Assembly: GCA_028707495.1 (NCBI GenBank)
Contig: JAQWAS010000006.1
Span: 664-64,663, forward strand
DNA length: 64,000 nucleotides
DNA from: Patescibacteria group bacterium
GTDB taxonomy: Bacteria; Patescibacteriota; Patescibacteriia; UBA2591; JAQWAS01
Direction of reading: 5' to 3'
Program-made: the position numbers and the translations under genes
Notes under the pieces: model-generated
Seen by the model: only the letters and a program-made list of their open reading frames with translations
Told to the model about the DNA's origin: nothing
The model's database searches: none
Shown here: positions 10,033 to 18,593 of the stretch, piece after piece
Layout: every line of letters begins with the position of its first letter
Numbering within the stretch: the first letter of the stretch is position 1

Positions 10033-10035
10033 TTT

Positions 10036-10623
10036 ATGTCAATTGAATTTGAAGCTACCTTTGTTGATGTCGATATTGATGAGGTGCGTGTAAAATTAGA
10101 AAAATTGGGAGCGAAATTAATTCAACCAGAAAGATTGATGCGTCGGGTTATTTTTTGGCCACCCAAACAAGATGAATTAGGTTGGATGCGAGTTAGAGAT
10201 GAAGGACATAAAATTACTTTAAGTTATAAAAGATTTTTAGGTTATCAAAAAGAAAAAGTTGATATTAGTGATCAGGAAGAAATTTGTTTAGAAATTAATG
10301 ATTTTGAGCAAGGAGTTAAACTTTTAGAGATGACCGGGGCTAAAAAGAAGGCTTATCAAGAAACCAAGAGAGAAGAGTGGTTATATTTAAATAGTGAGAT
10401 TTGTCTTGATACTTGGCCGGGCTTGGAGCCATTTATAGAAATTGAAGCTCAGGACGAAGCTTTGGTTAAAAAAATTTCACAAGATTTAGATTTAGATTAT
10501 TCGCAGGCTTTGTTTGGGCCGGTACATGTAGTTTACGAAAAGAAATTAGGCATTTCAGCCGATGAAATTAATAATCATACACCTGAGATCACTTTTGACA
10601 ATCCACCACAGAAAAAGATATAA
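10036..10623 (+). CDS. CYTH-domain protein (triphosphate tunnel metalloenzyme / class IV adenylyl cyclase-like)
   Basis: N-terminal IEFEATF (ExEx motif), RVR...ITLSYK, and a C-terminal K.K..Y....KRE...LD.WPGLEPFIEIE pattern typical of CYTH domains. 4-nt spacing to the upstream gene suggests an operon. Confidence 0.55.
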   Translation: MSIEFEATFVDVDIDEVRVKLEKLGAKLIQPERLMRRVIFWPPKQDELGWMRVRDEGHKITLSYKRFLGYQKEKVDISDQEEICLEINDFEQGVKLLEMTGAKKKAYQETKREEWLYLNSEICLDTWPGLEPFIEIEAQDEALVKKISQDLDLDYSQALFGPVHVVYEKKLGISADEINNHTPEITFDNPPQKKI

Positions 10624-10636
10624 AATAAAAGTGCAA

Positions 10637-10711
10637 GCGGGTATCGTATAGTGGCTATTACCTCAGCTTTCCAAGCTGATGAGAGGGGTTCGATTCCCCT
10701 TACCCGCTCCA
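10637..10711 (+). tRNA. tRNA-Gly (UCC), CCA encoded
   Basis: Near-identical to canonical bacterial tRNA-Gly-UCC (GCGGGTATCGTATAGTGGCTATTACCTCAGCTTTCCAAGCTGATGA...). Confidence 0.85.
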
Positions 10712-10740
10712 AAATTATTTAGAATTCAAAATAAATCAAA

Positions 10741-10764
10741 AATAGGCCAATGGCCTATTTTTGT
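10741..10764 (+). terminator. Rho-independent terminator (taggccaatggccta followed by a T-tract)
   Basis: Perfect 6-bp stem with a GC core followed by TTTTTG. Confidence 0.6.
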
Positions 10765-10825
10765 GTGTAATTTCAAAAAATTCTAAACACTTTTTAGTTT
10801 AGCGAATAAAGAGAAAAGAGTTTAA

Positions 10826-10984
10826 TTAATCTTGTTTTGGCAAGAATTTAAACATCTTTGTGCCACAAGTTGGACAAGTTCCAGTAGCGGCACGTCTTTT
10901 GACTCCACCTTTGCCTTCAATAATAACTTCTTGTGGGTTTTTGATCTCTTTTTTAGCTTTGCATTTAACGCAATAAGCTTCCAT
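10826..10984 (-). CDS. Small (52 aa) CxxC...CxxC zinc-ribbon protein
   Basis: Manual translation MEAYCVKCKAKKEIKNPQEVIIEGKGGVKRRAATGTCPTCGTKMFKFLPKQD. Below the ORF-track size cutoff, but a clean ORF with four Cys in a zinc-ribbon arrangement. Confidence 0.45.
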   Translation of the reverse strand: MEAYCVKCKAKKEIKNPQEVIIEGKGGVKRRAATGTCPTCGTKMFKFLPKQD

Positions 10985-11076
10985 GAGATTATTTGTTAAT
11001 AATTAAACTACCTTTATTTTAGCTTATTTAAGCCAAAAATGAAAGTTGATAACTTTTTCAAGCTAAATTTACCAAA

Positions 11077-11283
11077 TTATTTTAATTTATTCAAATCTTT
11101 TAGTAAATTATCTAAATCCAAATCATACATTTTACAAATATCACCTAATTTTAAAACTTGCATTTCCATTTGAGCCATAGGGCAAGAAATACACGGTACT
11201 TTATATTTAGCTAAAATTCCAACAGATTCTGGCTTAGTTAAAACTTGAGCTAAAGTTGTATTTTTATTTATTTTTTGAGTCAT
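11077..11283 (-). CDS. DUF1858-like small protein (68 aa)
   Basis: Sequence pattern LAQVL...P....L.......C..C.....L (with VPCISCP) resembles the DUF1858 domain, which is often linked to Fe-S and redox genes. Confidence 0.5.
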   Translation of the reverse strand: MTQKINKNTTLAQVLTKPESVGILAKYKVPCISCPMAQMEMQVLKLGDICKMYDLDLDNLLKDLNKLK

Positions 11284-11644
11284 ATGTTTGTAAATAATTA
11301 TTAATAGCTTGAGTTAGAGCTTCACCGCCTAAAATAGAGCAGTGATATTTAATCGGCGGTAATTCGCCTAGATTTTTAGTTATTTTTTGTGCGTTTATTT
11401 TTAAGGCTTGTTTAAGTGTTTTGCCTTTGGCTAATTCGCATAACATATCCGAGGCAGCAATGGCCGCCGGACAACCATAAGTCATAAATTTAATGTCTTG
11501 AATGACATTATTTTTAATTTTTAAATATATTTTCATTATATCACCACACCGTACATTGCCAACTTCGCCGATGGCATCGGCGTTTTTAATTTCTCCGGCG
11601 AATTTGGGATTTTTAAAGCGATTGATGACTTTTTTGTTATACAT
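11264..11644 (-). CDS. nifU: Fe-S cluster assembly scaffold (IscU/NifU N-terminal domain)
   Basis: Three conserved Cys (GCGD, GCPAA, HCS) in IscU spacing, 126 aa, adjacent to a cysteine desulfurase. Confidence 0.85.
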   Translation of the reverse strand: MYNKKVINRFKNPKFAGEIKNADAIGEVGNVRCGDIMKIYLKIKNNVIQDIKFMTYGCPAAIAASDMLCELAKGKTLKQALKINAQKITKNLGELPPIKYHCSILGGEALTQAINNYLQTYDSKNK

Positions 11645-11678
11645 AAATTAAATCTTAAATGTAAAATTAAATTTTATT

Positions 11679-11840
11679 TGTCATCCCGAATTTCCGTCTG
11701 AACATCTATGGCTTTGTGTCATGCTGAATTTATTTCAGCATCTGTAATTAAGTTAAACGTTTCTTGCTCTGACAGGGTAAAAAGCATCAACAGATTCTGA
11801 AACAAGTTCAGAATGACAACTACAAAACAGAATGACAATC
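11679..11840. repeat. Copy A of the dispersed hairpin-repeat family (tgtcatcccgaa; gtcatgctgaa-N5-ttcagcatc; ttctgaa-N5-ttcagaatgacaa)
   Basis: Shares the TGTCAT..CTGAA / TTCAG..ATGACA modules with the loci at 13542, 20300, 21497 and 53609. Confidence 0.7.
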
Positions 11841-11929
11841 TCTAGCGTTAATAGACTTTTAAATATCCTCCGGTTCGGCTGGTTAGTTGCCACCCTAAAT
11901 CCCACGGACATTCTGCTAAATTTTTTTAA

Positions 11930-13075
11930 CTAGTAAATCGGCGATATCTTTCTTAATTTTTGAATAATGTTTGGTAAAATTTTAATTAAATAATCAATCT
12001 CTTTTAAAGTATTAAAACGACTTAAACTAATTCTTAAGCTACTATTAGCTAGTTCATCAGATAAGCCAATAGCTTTTAAAATATAACTTGGTTCTAAGGT
12101 TAAGGCCGAGCAAGCCGACCCAGTTGAAGTGGCAATCCCTTTATCATCTAATAATTTACCCAAAGATTCGCCTTCAACACCCTTGAAAGAAAAATTGATA
12201 TTATTACACAAACGTTTTTTACCGGTTGGGCCGTTTAAATATGTATCAGGAATTTTTTGAATTTCTTTGATTAATTTATCACGCAATTGAGTCATTTTTA
12301 AAATATCTTTTTGTTTGGCTAATTCAACAGCTTTACTAAAACCAATGATTGCTGGAATGTTTTCAGTGCCGGCTCTTAATTTATGTTCATGATTACCGCC
12401 ATGTTGCCAAGGTTCAATTTGTGTACCATTTTTAACATACAAAGCGCCAATGCCTTTAGGCCCGTGGATTTTATGAGCATTTAAACTAACCAAATCTAGA
12501 TTAAATTTTTTAACATCAATTTCGGTTTTAGTATAGCTTTGACAAGCATCAGTATGAAAATAGATTTTGTGTTGAGCACAAATTTTACCAACAGCTTCTA
12601 AATCTTGAAGAGTGCCAATTTCGTTATTGGCATGAATAATTGAAATCAAAATAGTTTTGGGAGTGATGGTTTTTTTGAGTTCATTTAAATCAATAAAACC
12701 GTGTTTATCAACTGGCAAATAAGTAATTTTAAAGCCTTGAGTAGTTAACCATTTACAAGAGTTTAAAACAGCTTTATGTTCAATTTGAGTGGTAATAAGA
12801 TGATTACCCTTTTTTTTATTAGCCCAAGCGATCCCTTTCAAGGCTAAATTATCACTTTCAGTTCCGCCAGAAGTAAAAATTATTTCGTTAGGTTTGGCCT
12901 TGATTGATTGAGCAATAATTAAACGACTTTTTTCTAAATCCTTTTTAGATTTTAAACCACAAGTGTGCAATGAGGAGGCATTGCCATAAAAATTCATTAA
13001 ATATGGTTGCATAGCTTTAACAACTTGCAGATCAGTTTGGGTTGTGGCCGCGTTATCAAAATAAATATGTTTCAT
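11930..13075 (-). CDS. nifS: Cysteine desulfurase (class V aminotransferase, NifS/IscS)
   Basis: PLP-binding lysine region (SLNAHKIHGPKGIGALY) and active-site Cys (STGSACS), 381 aa. Confidence 0.9.
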   Translation of the reverse strand: MKHIYFDNAATTQTDLQVVKAMQPYLMNFYGNASSLHTCGLKSKKDLEKSRLIIAQSIKAKPNEIIFTSGGTESDNLALKGIAWANKKKGNHLITTQIEHKAVLNSCKWLTTQGFKITYLPVDKHGFIDLNELKKTITPKTILISIIHANNEIGTLQDLEAVGKICAQHKIYFHTDACQSYTKTEIDVKKFNLDLVSLNAHKIHGPKGIGALYVKNGTQIEPWQHGGNHEHKLRAGTENIPAIIGFSKAVELAKQKDILKMTQLRDKLIKEIQKIPDTYLNGPTGKKRLCNNINFSFKGVEGESLGKLLDDKGIATSTGSACSALTLEPSYILKAIGLSDELANSSLRISLSRFNTLKEIDYLIKILPNIIQKLRKISPIY

Positions 13076-13175
13076 AAAATTTTATTTAAGATTGTTTTAA
13101 ATATAGCATAGAACAGTTTTTTTTTCAATTTTAAAAGCCATTTCAAAAATTTAAAATGGCTTTTAATAATGTGTT

Positions 13176-13505
13176 TTACAATGTATTTAGGATATCGTTT
13201 TTTAAGGCATCTTTTTGTCTTAAACCAACAAATTCTTTAATAGAGATGCCATTTTTGAATAATTTCATCGCTGGAATGCTTTGAATTTGATATTCTTCAA
13301 CTAATTGTTGGTTAGCTTCGGCACTAATATCAACTTTTACAATTTTAACTTTATCAACTAAATCTTGAGCGAGTTCATCTAAAATTGGTCCCATCATTTG
13401 GCAAGGGCCACACCATGGTGCCCAAAAATCAACCAAAACAGGTAAGTCTGATTTTAAAACTTCAGACTCAAAATTATCCTGAGAAATATTTAATGCTTGT
13501 GACAT
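13176..13505 (-). CDS. trxA: Thioredoxin
   Basis: WAPWCGPC active site, 109 aa. Confidence 0.9.
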   Translation of the reverse strand: MSQALNISQDNFESEVLKSDLPVLVDFWAPWCGPCQMMGPILDELAQDLVDKVKIVKVDISAEANQQLVEEYQIQSIPAMKLFKNGISIKEFVGLRQKDALKNDILNTL

Positions 13506-13541
13506 AAGATTATTGATTATTAATTAAGAATTATAGTTTTT

Positions 13542-13695
13542 TGTCATTCTGAATTTAACGAAGTGAAATGAAGAATCCCGTGAGACCTGCCTGCCGGCAG
13601 GCAGGTAACGAACCAATGTTTTAAAGTGTTTTTTGCAAACCTCACGGGATTCTATCAGTCGCCTGCTGAATCGGCAGGCTCCTTCCAGAATGACA
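13542..13695. repeat. Copy B of the dispersed repeat family; a 154 bp MITE-like element with perfect 10 bp terminal inverted repeats (TGTCATTCTG...CAGAATGACA)
   Basis: The terminal inverted repeats are seen directly. Internal nested palindromes include gaatcccgtgag/ctcacgggattc and the 20-nt perfect palindrome cctgcctgccggcaggcagg. Confidence 0.75.
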
Positions 13696-13704
13696 GCTTT
13701 TAAA

Positions 13705-14850
13705 TTAATTTATACCAATTAAATAATAAAAACCTAAACCTAAAAGTAGTATTGCCTCAATCAAAGTAATCCACACAACAAATTTTTGCGAACCCAATCT
13801 AATTTTCATAGTAAAAACCGCGATAACAAAAATTACAATTTCATCCAACATATAGAAAAAGACAAATAAGGTAATACACAAAACATAGCTTAGGGCAGTT
13901 AAATTAGCTTGAGAGAGCAGGCCGGCATAAAAAAGTGGTAAGGCGGCTGAGCAAGGGAACTCAATTAAGGTAATAACACCAGCAAAAACAATAATCGCGC
14001 CAACGAGACTTAAGGTGCGACTGGGTTGGGTGAAGGCAGATTTTAATTTAGTTGAAATTTTAGTCATAGCCTGACTCATACCACAATTGGGGCCATATTT
14101 TAACATACGAATAAATTGATAAATTAAATAAATTCCGCCGATTAAGCCAAGACAACCAATTACAACTTCCATGGAGCGCAAATAATTACCTAAAATATTA
14201 AAAAGTTTATACCAAAAGCCAATCAATAAACCATATAAAATAGCCGTTGTTAAAATAAAAGTTAAACCTAGACCAAATATTTTTTTACGTGATTTTAGGG
14301 TCAAAACTAGACCTAAAATAAAAACCAAAGCACCCAGAGAGCACACATTAAAACCATCAAAAAAGCCGAACATAACTGCTAAAATTGGTAAGGAATATTT
14401 TTCAATATCTATGTGGCCAATAATTGGTAGATGAATATCATTTTCGTCATCATCTTGACATTCAGTATTAGATTCTTGTTGTTGATCAGTTAGATAATCA
14501 ATTTTATTTTGTAGGTTAATTTGAGTTGTTTGGCCAAAACCTAAAAGGTATTCATCTTGGATAAAAGTTATTGGTACCAAGCCATGGATATTTTGAGGCA
14601 CATTATATTGCTGATAAAAACTTTTTAGCAGATCAACATTTTCTGATTGAGCCAATGAATAATAATTAATTTTTAAATCACAACCCTCTTTTTCTGTTTT
14701 CTGTAAAAAGCTTTTTTCTTGGGCACAATGGGGGCAAGACTCACTATAAAAAAAATTAATTTCATTATTAATTTCTTGTGCCAAAGTTAATTTAGGCAGC
14801 CAAGTTAAGCTGACTAAGATTAAAACTAAACTTAAAAATAATTTTTTCAT
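13705..14850 (-). CDS. Thiol-disulfide oxidoreductase fused to a CcdA/DsbD-type transmembrane domain
   Basis: Signal peptide, an N-terminal thioredoxin-fold with a CPHC motif, then a polytopic membrane domain with the conserved Cys pair of CcdA/DsbD-like proteins. Confidence 0.65.
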   Translation of the reverse strand: MKKLFLSLVLILVSLTWLPKLTLAQEINNEINFFYSESCPHCAQEKSFLQKTEKEGCDLKINYYSLAQSENVDLLKSFYQQYNVPQNIHGLVPITFIQDEYLLGFGQTTQINLQNKIDYLTDQQQESNTECQDDDENDIHLPIIGHIDIEKYSLPILAVMFGFFDGFNVCSLGALVFILGLVLTLKSRKKIFGLGLTFILTTAILYGLLIGFWYKLFNILGNYLRSMEVVIGCLGLIGGIYLIYQFIRMLKYGPNCGMSQAMTKISTKLKSAFTQPSRTLSLVGAIIVFAGVITLIEFPCSAALPLFYAGLLSQANLTALSYVLCITLFVFFYMLDEIVIFVIAVFTMKIRLGSQKFVVWITLIEAILLLGLGFYYLIGIN

Positions 14851-14934
14851 ATTTGAAAATTATAATATTTTTTAAACTTTATTTCAAGTTAATCAAAAAA
14901 TCCCACCAAGGGCGTGGGAAATTTTGACAAGATT

Positions 14935-15132
14935 TTATCTTGGTCGGGTCATTTTGGCTCCGCATTTAGGGCAGTCACATTCATAGCAGGGACAGCCTCT
15001 TTGATGATCAATTTTTTCGCCACAAGAAGGGCAAACACATTGACCATCTGGACCTAAACCTTGACCTTGAGGTTGTCGTCCTCGTCCTTGACCAAATCCT
15101 AGACCACGACCAGGTGCATTTGTATTAGGCAT
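14935..15132 (-). CDS. Small Gly/Cys-rich zinc-binding protein (65 aa)
   Basis: MPNTNAPGRGLGFGQGRG... followed by CxC..C / CPCYECDCPKC; it recalls the small partner proteins encoded next to DUF134 genes. Confidence 0.45.
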   Translation of the reverse strand: MPNTNAPGRGLGFGQGRGRQPQGQGLGPDGQCVCPSCGEKIDHQRGCPCYECDCPKCGAKMTRPR

Positions 15133-15157
15133 ATGTTTTTTAGTTAAAAATTAGTAA

Positions 15158-15454
15158 TTATTTTTTTAATCTATAATTGCCACCATCAACTTTAATAGCT
15201 GAACCATTGATTAGGGCTTGGGCAATTTTTTTCTGGGCTGAAACTAAAACGCGATGAAAGGTTGAACGTGAAACTTGCATTTTTTTAGCAGCTTGTTCTT
15301 CGGTTAACTCTTGAATGTCATGCAAACGAATAGCTTCTATTTCTTCAAAAGTTAATTGAATTTCGGTTAAATTTTTAAGACGTTGACCAGCTGGTTTAAA
15401 ATAAGTACAGCGTGGTTGTTGGCCGATGCGTCTGCATCTACACGGTCTAGGCAT
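15158..15454 (-). CDS. DUF134/UPF0251-family putative DNA-binding protein
   Basis: MPRPCRCRRI...FKP N-terminus plus an HTH-like LTEEQAAKKMQVSRSTFHRVL region. Start chosen at MPRP (15454) rather than the upstream ATG in the ORF track. Confidence 0.65.
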   Translation of the reverse strand: MPRPCRCRRIGQQPRCTYFKPAGQRLKNLTEIQLTFEEIEAIRLHDIQELTEEQAAKKMQVSRSTFHRVLVSAQKKIAQALINGSAIKVDGGNYRLKK

Positions 15455-15591
15455 AAAATTATTTTTAAAGTTATCCACAGTTATGAACATATGTTCATTA
15501 TTATTATAGCAAAGTTATCAACAATGTCAAGAGTTTGTTCTATTTAAAATTATGATATAATAAAAATAACTTAATTTTTAATTTTAAAAAT

Positions 15592-16503
15592 ATGCAACAA
15601 CAAAAAAATTCACCTAACTCTAATGGAATTTTTGGATTTTTATCTGTTATAATTGTTTTTTTACTTGTTTTATCTCCAACTTTAATTAAATCAATAATCA
15701 GTGGATCTAAGAGTGGGGTTGACGGTGGTATTGTTGGAATTGTGGCAATTATAATTATGTTTTTAAGTTTAGCGGTTATTGTTGGGTTAGGTGGTTTACG
15801 TGTAATTAATCAGTATGAGCGTGCGGTTGTTTTAACACTAGGCAAATATACAGGAACTAGAAACCCAGGATTAACTTGGATATTTCCTGGTATTCAAAGA
15901 ATTATTAAACCAGATTTAAGAATAACTACTGTTGATATTCCTCAACAAGAAGTAATTACCAAAGATAATGTTACGGTAGGTATAAATGCAGTAGTTTATT
16001 TTCGTGTTGCTATTCCAGAAAGAGCAGTTTTAGAAATTCAAGATTATTCGCGAGCCGTAGCTTTATATGCTCAAGCTACATTAAGAGATATCGTTGGTGG
16101 AGTTGAATTAGACGCATTTTTATCAGAGAGAGATAAAATTGCTGATGAAATAAAAAAAATTGTTGATGTAGCTACTGATCCTTGGGGAATTGATGTAACT
16201 ATAATTAAAATTCAAGATATTGAATTGCCAGCTGACATGAAACGAGCAATGGCCAAACAGGCAGAAACAGAAAGAGAGAGAAGGGCAGTAATTATTAAAG
16301 CCCATGGAGAATTAAGTGCTTCAGAAAATTTAAAAAAAGCAGCTGAAAATTTAACTTCAGTTCCTGGAGGTTTATCATTAAGAACCTTGGCAACTATTGA
16401 AAATATTAATCCCGATCCATCAAAAATGGTTATCTTTGCTTTACCAGTTGAAGTTTTAGAAGGGTTTAAATCTTTACAAAATTTAAAAGAAAAACAAAAA
16501 TGA
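15592..16503 (+). CDS. SPFH/Band-7 (stomatin/prohibitin-like) membrane protein
   Basis: N-terminal TM region then an SPFH domain (VDIPQQEVITKDNVTVGINAVVYFRV...) and a coiled-coil tail. Confidence 0.85.
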   Translation: MQQQKNSPNSNGIFGFLSVIIVFLLVLSPTLIKSIISGSKSGVDGGIVGIVAIIIMFLSLAVIVGLGGLRVINQYERAVVLTLGKYTGTRNPGLTWIFPGIQRIIKPDLRITTVDIPQQEVITKDNVTVGINAVVYFRVAIPERAVLEIQDYSRAVALYAQATLRDIVGGVELDAFLSERDKIADEIKKIVDVATDPWGIDVTIIKIQDIELPADMKRAMAKQAETERERRAVIIKAHGELSASENLKKAAENLTSVPGGLSLRTLATIENINPDPSKMVIFALPVEVLEGFKSLQNLKEKQK

Positions 16504-16760
16504 TATCAAAAAATATATTTGAAATAGAAGATATTTTTTCTATTGAAGGAATAGGAATTATTGTTGCTGGAACATTAAAAAATGGTAATATTTTGAAAGG
16601 GATGAAAACAATTATAAACGGTAAGACAGCCGAAGTTGCTAGCATTGAACAATATCATAAAAAAATTGATATGATTGATGCAGTAGGAAGTTCAGCTGGT
16701 TTATTGTTAAAAGGAGTTGAAAAAAAAGATATTTCTTTGGGAGAAATTTTTTTACAATAA
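16500..16760 (+). CDS. Small soluble beta-barrel protein (86 aa), EF-Tu domain-2-like / NfeD-like partner of the SPFH protein
   Basis: Start overlaps the SPFH stop (ATGA), implying translational coupling. IEGIGIIVAGTLKNGNILKGMKTIINGKTAEVASIE resembles the EF-Tu domain II beta-barrel. Confidence 0.45.
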   Translation: MISKNIFEIEDIFSIEGIGIIVAGTLKNGNILKGMKTIINGKTAEVASIEQYHKKIDMIDAVGSSAGLLLKGVEKKDISLGEIFLQ

Positions 16761-16765
16761 TAAAT

Positions 16766-16814
16766 AAAAAATCAGCCAACCTTTTTATAGATAAATTGGC
16801 TGATTTTTTATTTA
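16766..16814. terminator. Bidirectional hairpin terminator (atcagccaa...ttggctgat flanked by A/T tracts)
   Basis: 9-bp perfect stem with a T-tract on both strands, lying between convergent genes. Confidence 0.55.
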
Positions 16815-16818
16815 AAAA

Positions 16819-17469
16819 TTATTTGATAATATTTAAAAATTCTTTAATTAATTTATTAGTTTTTTCATTTAAATAATAAAAATCTTTCCATAAAACAACG
16901 ATATCAGCATTATTTAACACAGAACTTTTAATTTCTTGAATTGTATCGCCACCAGCTACAGAAATAAAAATTTTATTATAACTACCTTTAATTTGTTTAA
17001 TTTGATAATAGGGAATTAATTTTTCATTATTTTTTGTTTCGTCAACTCCTCTATGCAAGATAACTGCATCGGGCAAAGTTTTTAGTTTTTTTAAAATTAA
17101 AAGAGGATTTTCAACATTCATCATATCAATCATTGAATCAATATGATAATGGTCACATAATTCAATAAATTGTTTGATAGTTTCAATTGGTGCTACGCCT
17201 AAACAAGTAATAGCATTGGCACCGGCTTGAGCAAATAATTCTACTTCTCTATAAGCAAGATCGGCACACTTAGTATCAGCAACAAAATAAGAAGATGGGG
17301 CCACTTTTTTTAAGGTTGCTACGGCAAGTGCGCCATAAATTTTAATTAAAGGTGTTCCAATTTCAATTAAAATTCTTGGTGAAATAGGCAATTTAGAAAT
17401 AATAGCTTGTGCATTATTTAAATTACTATTGAGAGCAATTTGAATATATTTTTGGTGTCTTTGTAACAT
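16819..17469 (-). CDS. 3-hexulose-6-phosphate synthase-like (OMPDC-family ribulose-phosphate-binding barrel), paralogue 1
   Basis: LQIALN...IEIGTPLIKIYG...VADTKCADLA aligns with B. subtilis HxlA (LQLALD...VEIGTPVIKIWG...LADMKTMDAA). Confidence 0.65.
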   Translation of the reverse strand: MLQRHQKYIQIALNSNLNNAQAIISKLPISPRILIEIGTPLIKIYGALAVATLKKVAPSSYFVADTKCADLAYREVELFAQAGANAITCLGVAPIETIKQFIELCDHYHIDSMIDMMNVENPLLILKKLKTLPDAVILHRGVDETKNNEKLIPYYQIKQIKGSYNKIFISVAGGDTIQEIKSSVLNNADIVVLWKDFYYLNEKTNKLIKEFLNIIK

Positions 17470-17488
17470 AATTATTATTTAACAAAAA

Positions 17489-18157
17489 TTAATATTTTAA
17501 TGTTTTAAGAAATTCTTTAGCTAGTTGGCTTGTTTGTTTAGAATTATTATTGAATAATCGCCAAACAACAGCAATATTAGCATCATTAAAAATAGCACGT
17601 TTAACTTCTTTAATATTTTCGCCTCCAGCAATGGAAATTAAAACACGATAGGTTGCTTTAATTAAGTGAATTTGATGATAAGGAATTTGTTTTTCTCTAT
17701 TATTAGATTCATCAACTCCTCGATGAAGAATAACAACATCAGGAATTAATTTTAATTTTTTTAAAATTTCAAAAGGAAATTCAACATTCATCATATCAAT
17801 CATTGAATCAATATTATGTTTAACACAATTAGAAATAAATTCGTTTATTGTTTCAATTGGAGCTAATCCTAAACAAGTGGCCGCCTGAGCGCCAGCGCGG
17901 GAAATTGACGCGATTTCTCGTGAACCACGATCCATACATTTTAAATCAGCTACAATATATCCTGGTTTGCCAAGTTTTTTTTGCCAATAATTTTTAAGAT
18001 AAACAATGCCCTGTTCGCCATAAGTTTTTATTAAAGGCGTACCCGCTTCAATTAAAATTCTATCTGAAGTTGGTAAAGAATCAATCATTTGTTTAATTTC
18101 ATCTAAAGATTGATTAAAGGCAATTTGCAAATAAGTTTTTCTATGATTAAGAGTCAT
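17489..18157 (-). CDS. 3-hexulose-6-phosphate synthase-like, paralogue 2 (tandem duplicate)
   Basis: About 45% identical to the upstream paralogue; the same motifs (IEAGTPLIKTYG, ADLKCMDRG, IDSMIDMMNVE). Confidence 0.65.
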   Translation of the reverse strand: MTLNHRKTYLQIAFNQSLDEIKQMIDSLPTSDRILIEAGTPLIKTYGEQGIVYLKNYWQKKLGKPGYIVADLKCMDRGSREIASISRAGAQAATCLGLAPIETINEFISNCVKHNIDSMIDMMNVEFPFEILKKLKLIPDVVILHRGVDESNNREKQIPYHQIHLIKATYRVLISIAGGENIKEVKRAIFNDANIAVVWRLFNNNSKQTSQLAKEFLKTLKY

Positions 18158-18274
18158 AAATTTTTTGAAATTTATTGATTATCAAAAATAAATTATTAAT
18201 ACTTTATTATATAATATTTTTTGTTTTTGTGCATTTTTAACAAAAGAAAAATCACCGGCGTAGAGTCGGTGATT

Positions 18275-18478
18275 TTATTCTCTTAGCTCAATAAGCATAC
18301 AAGCATAGAGATATAAATTGACAAGAGTTATCCAACGGTGATTATAAATCGATGCGCCTATTTGGCTATACCGATTAGCTTCTTTAAAAATTTTTTTACG
18401 GAGTTCTCTAACAGTATTTTTTAATTGTTCGAGAGTCATTATCTCAAGCAATTTTTCATTTAAAGTATCAAGATCCAT
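18275..18478 (-). CDS. Hypothetical 67 aa protein
   Basis: Perfect SD (AGGAGG + 5 nt + ATG), a TTGACA-17-TAAGGT promoter at 18519-18547 on the minus strand, and an intrinsic terminator at 18243-18272. Confidence 0.5.
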   Translation of the reverse strand: MDLDTLNEKLLEIMTLEQLKNTVRELRKKIFKEANRYSQIGASIYNHRWITLVNLYLYACMLIELRE

Positions 18479-18593
18479 TTATCCTCCTTCATTTTTATTT
18501 TAACCTTACCAAATTTTAATTTTTATGTCAAGGGTAAATAAAAAAACCGTTTATATAAAAACGATTAATCTTAAAAATAAAAATTAAAACAAA

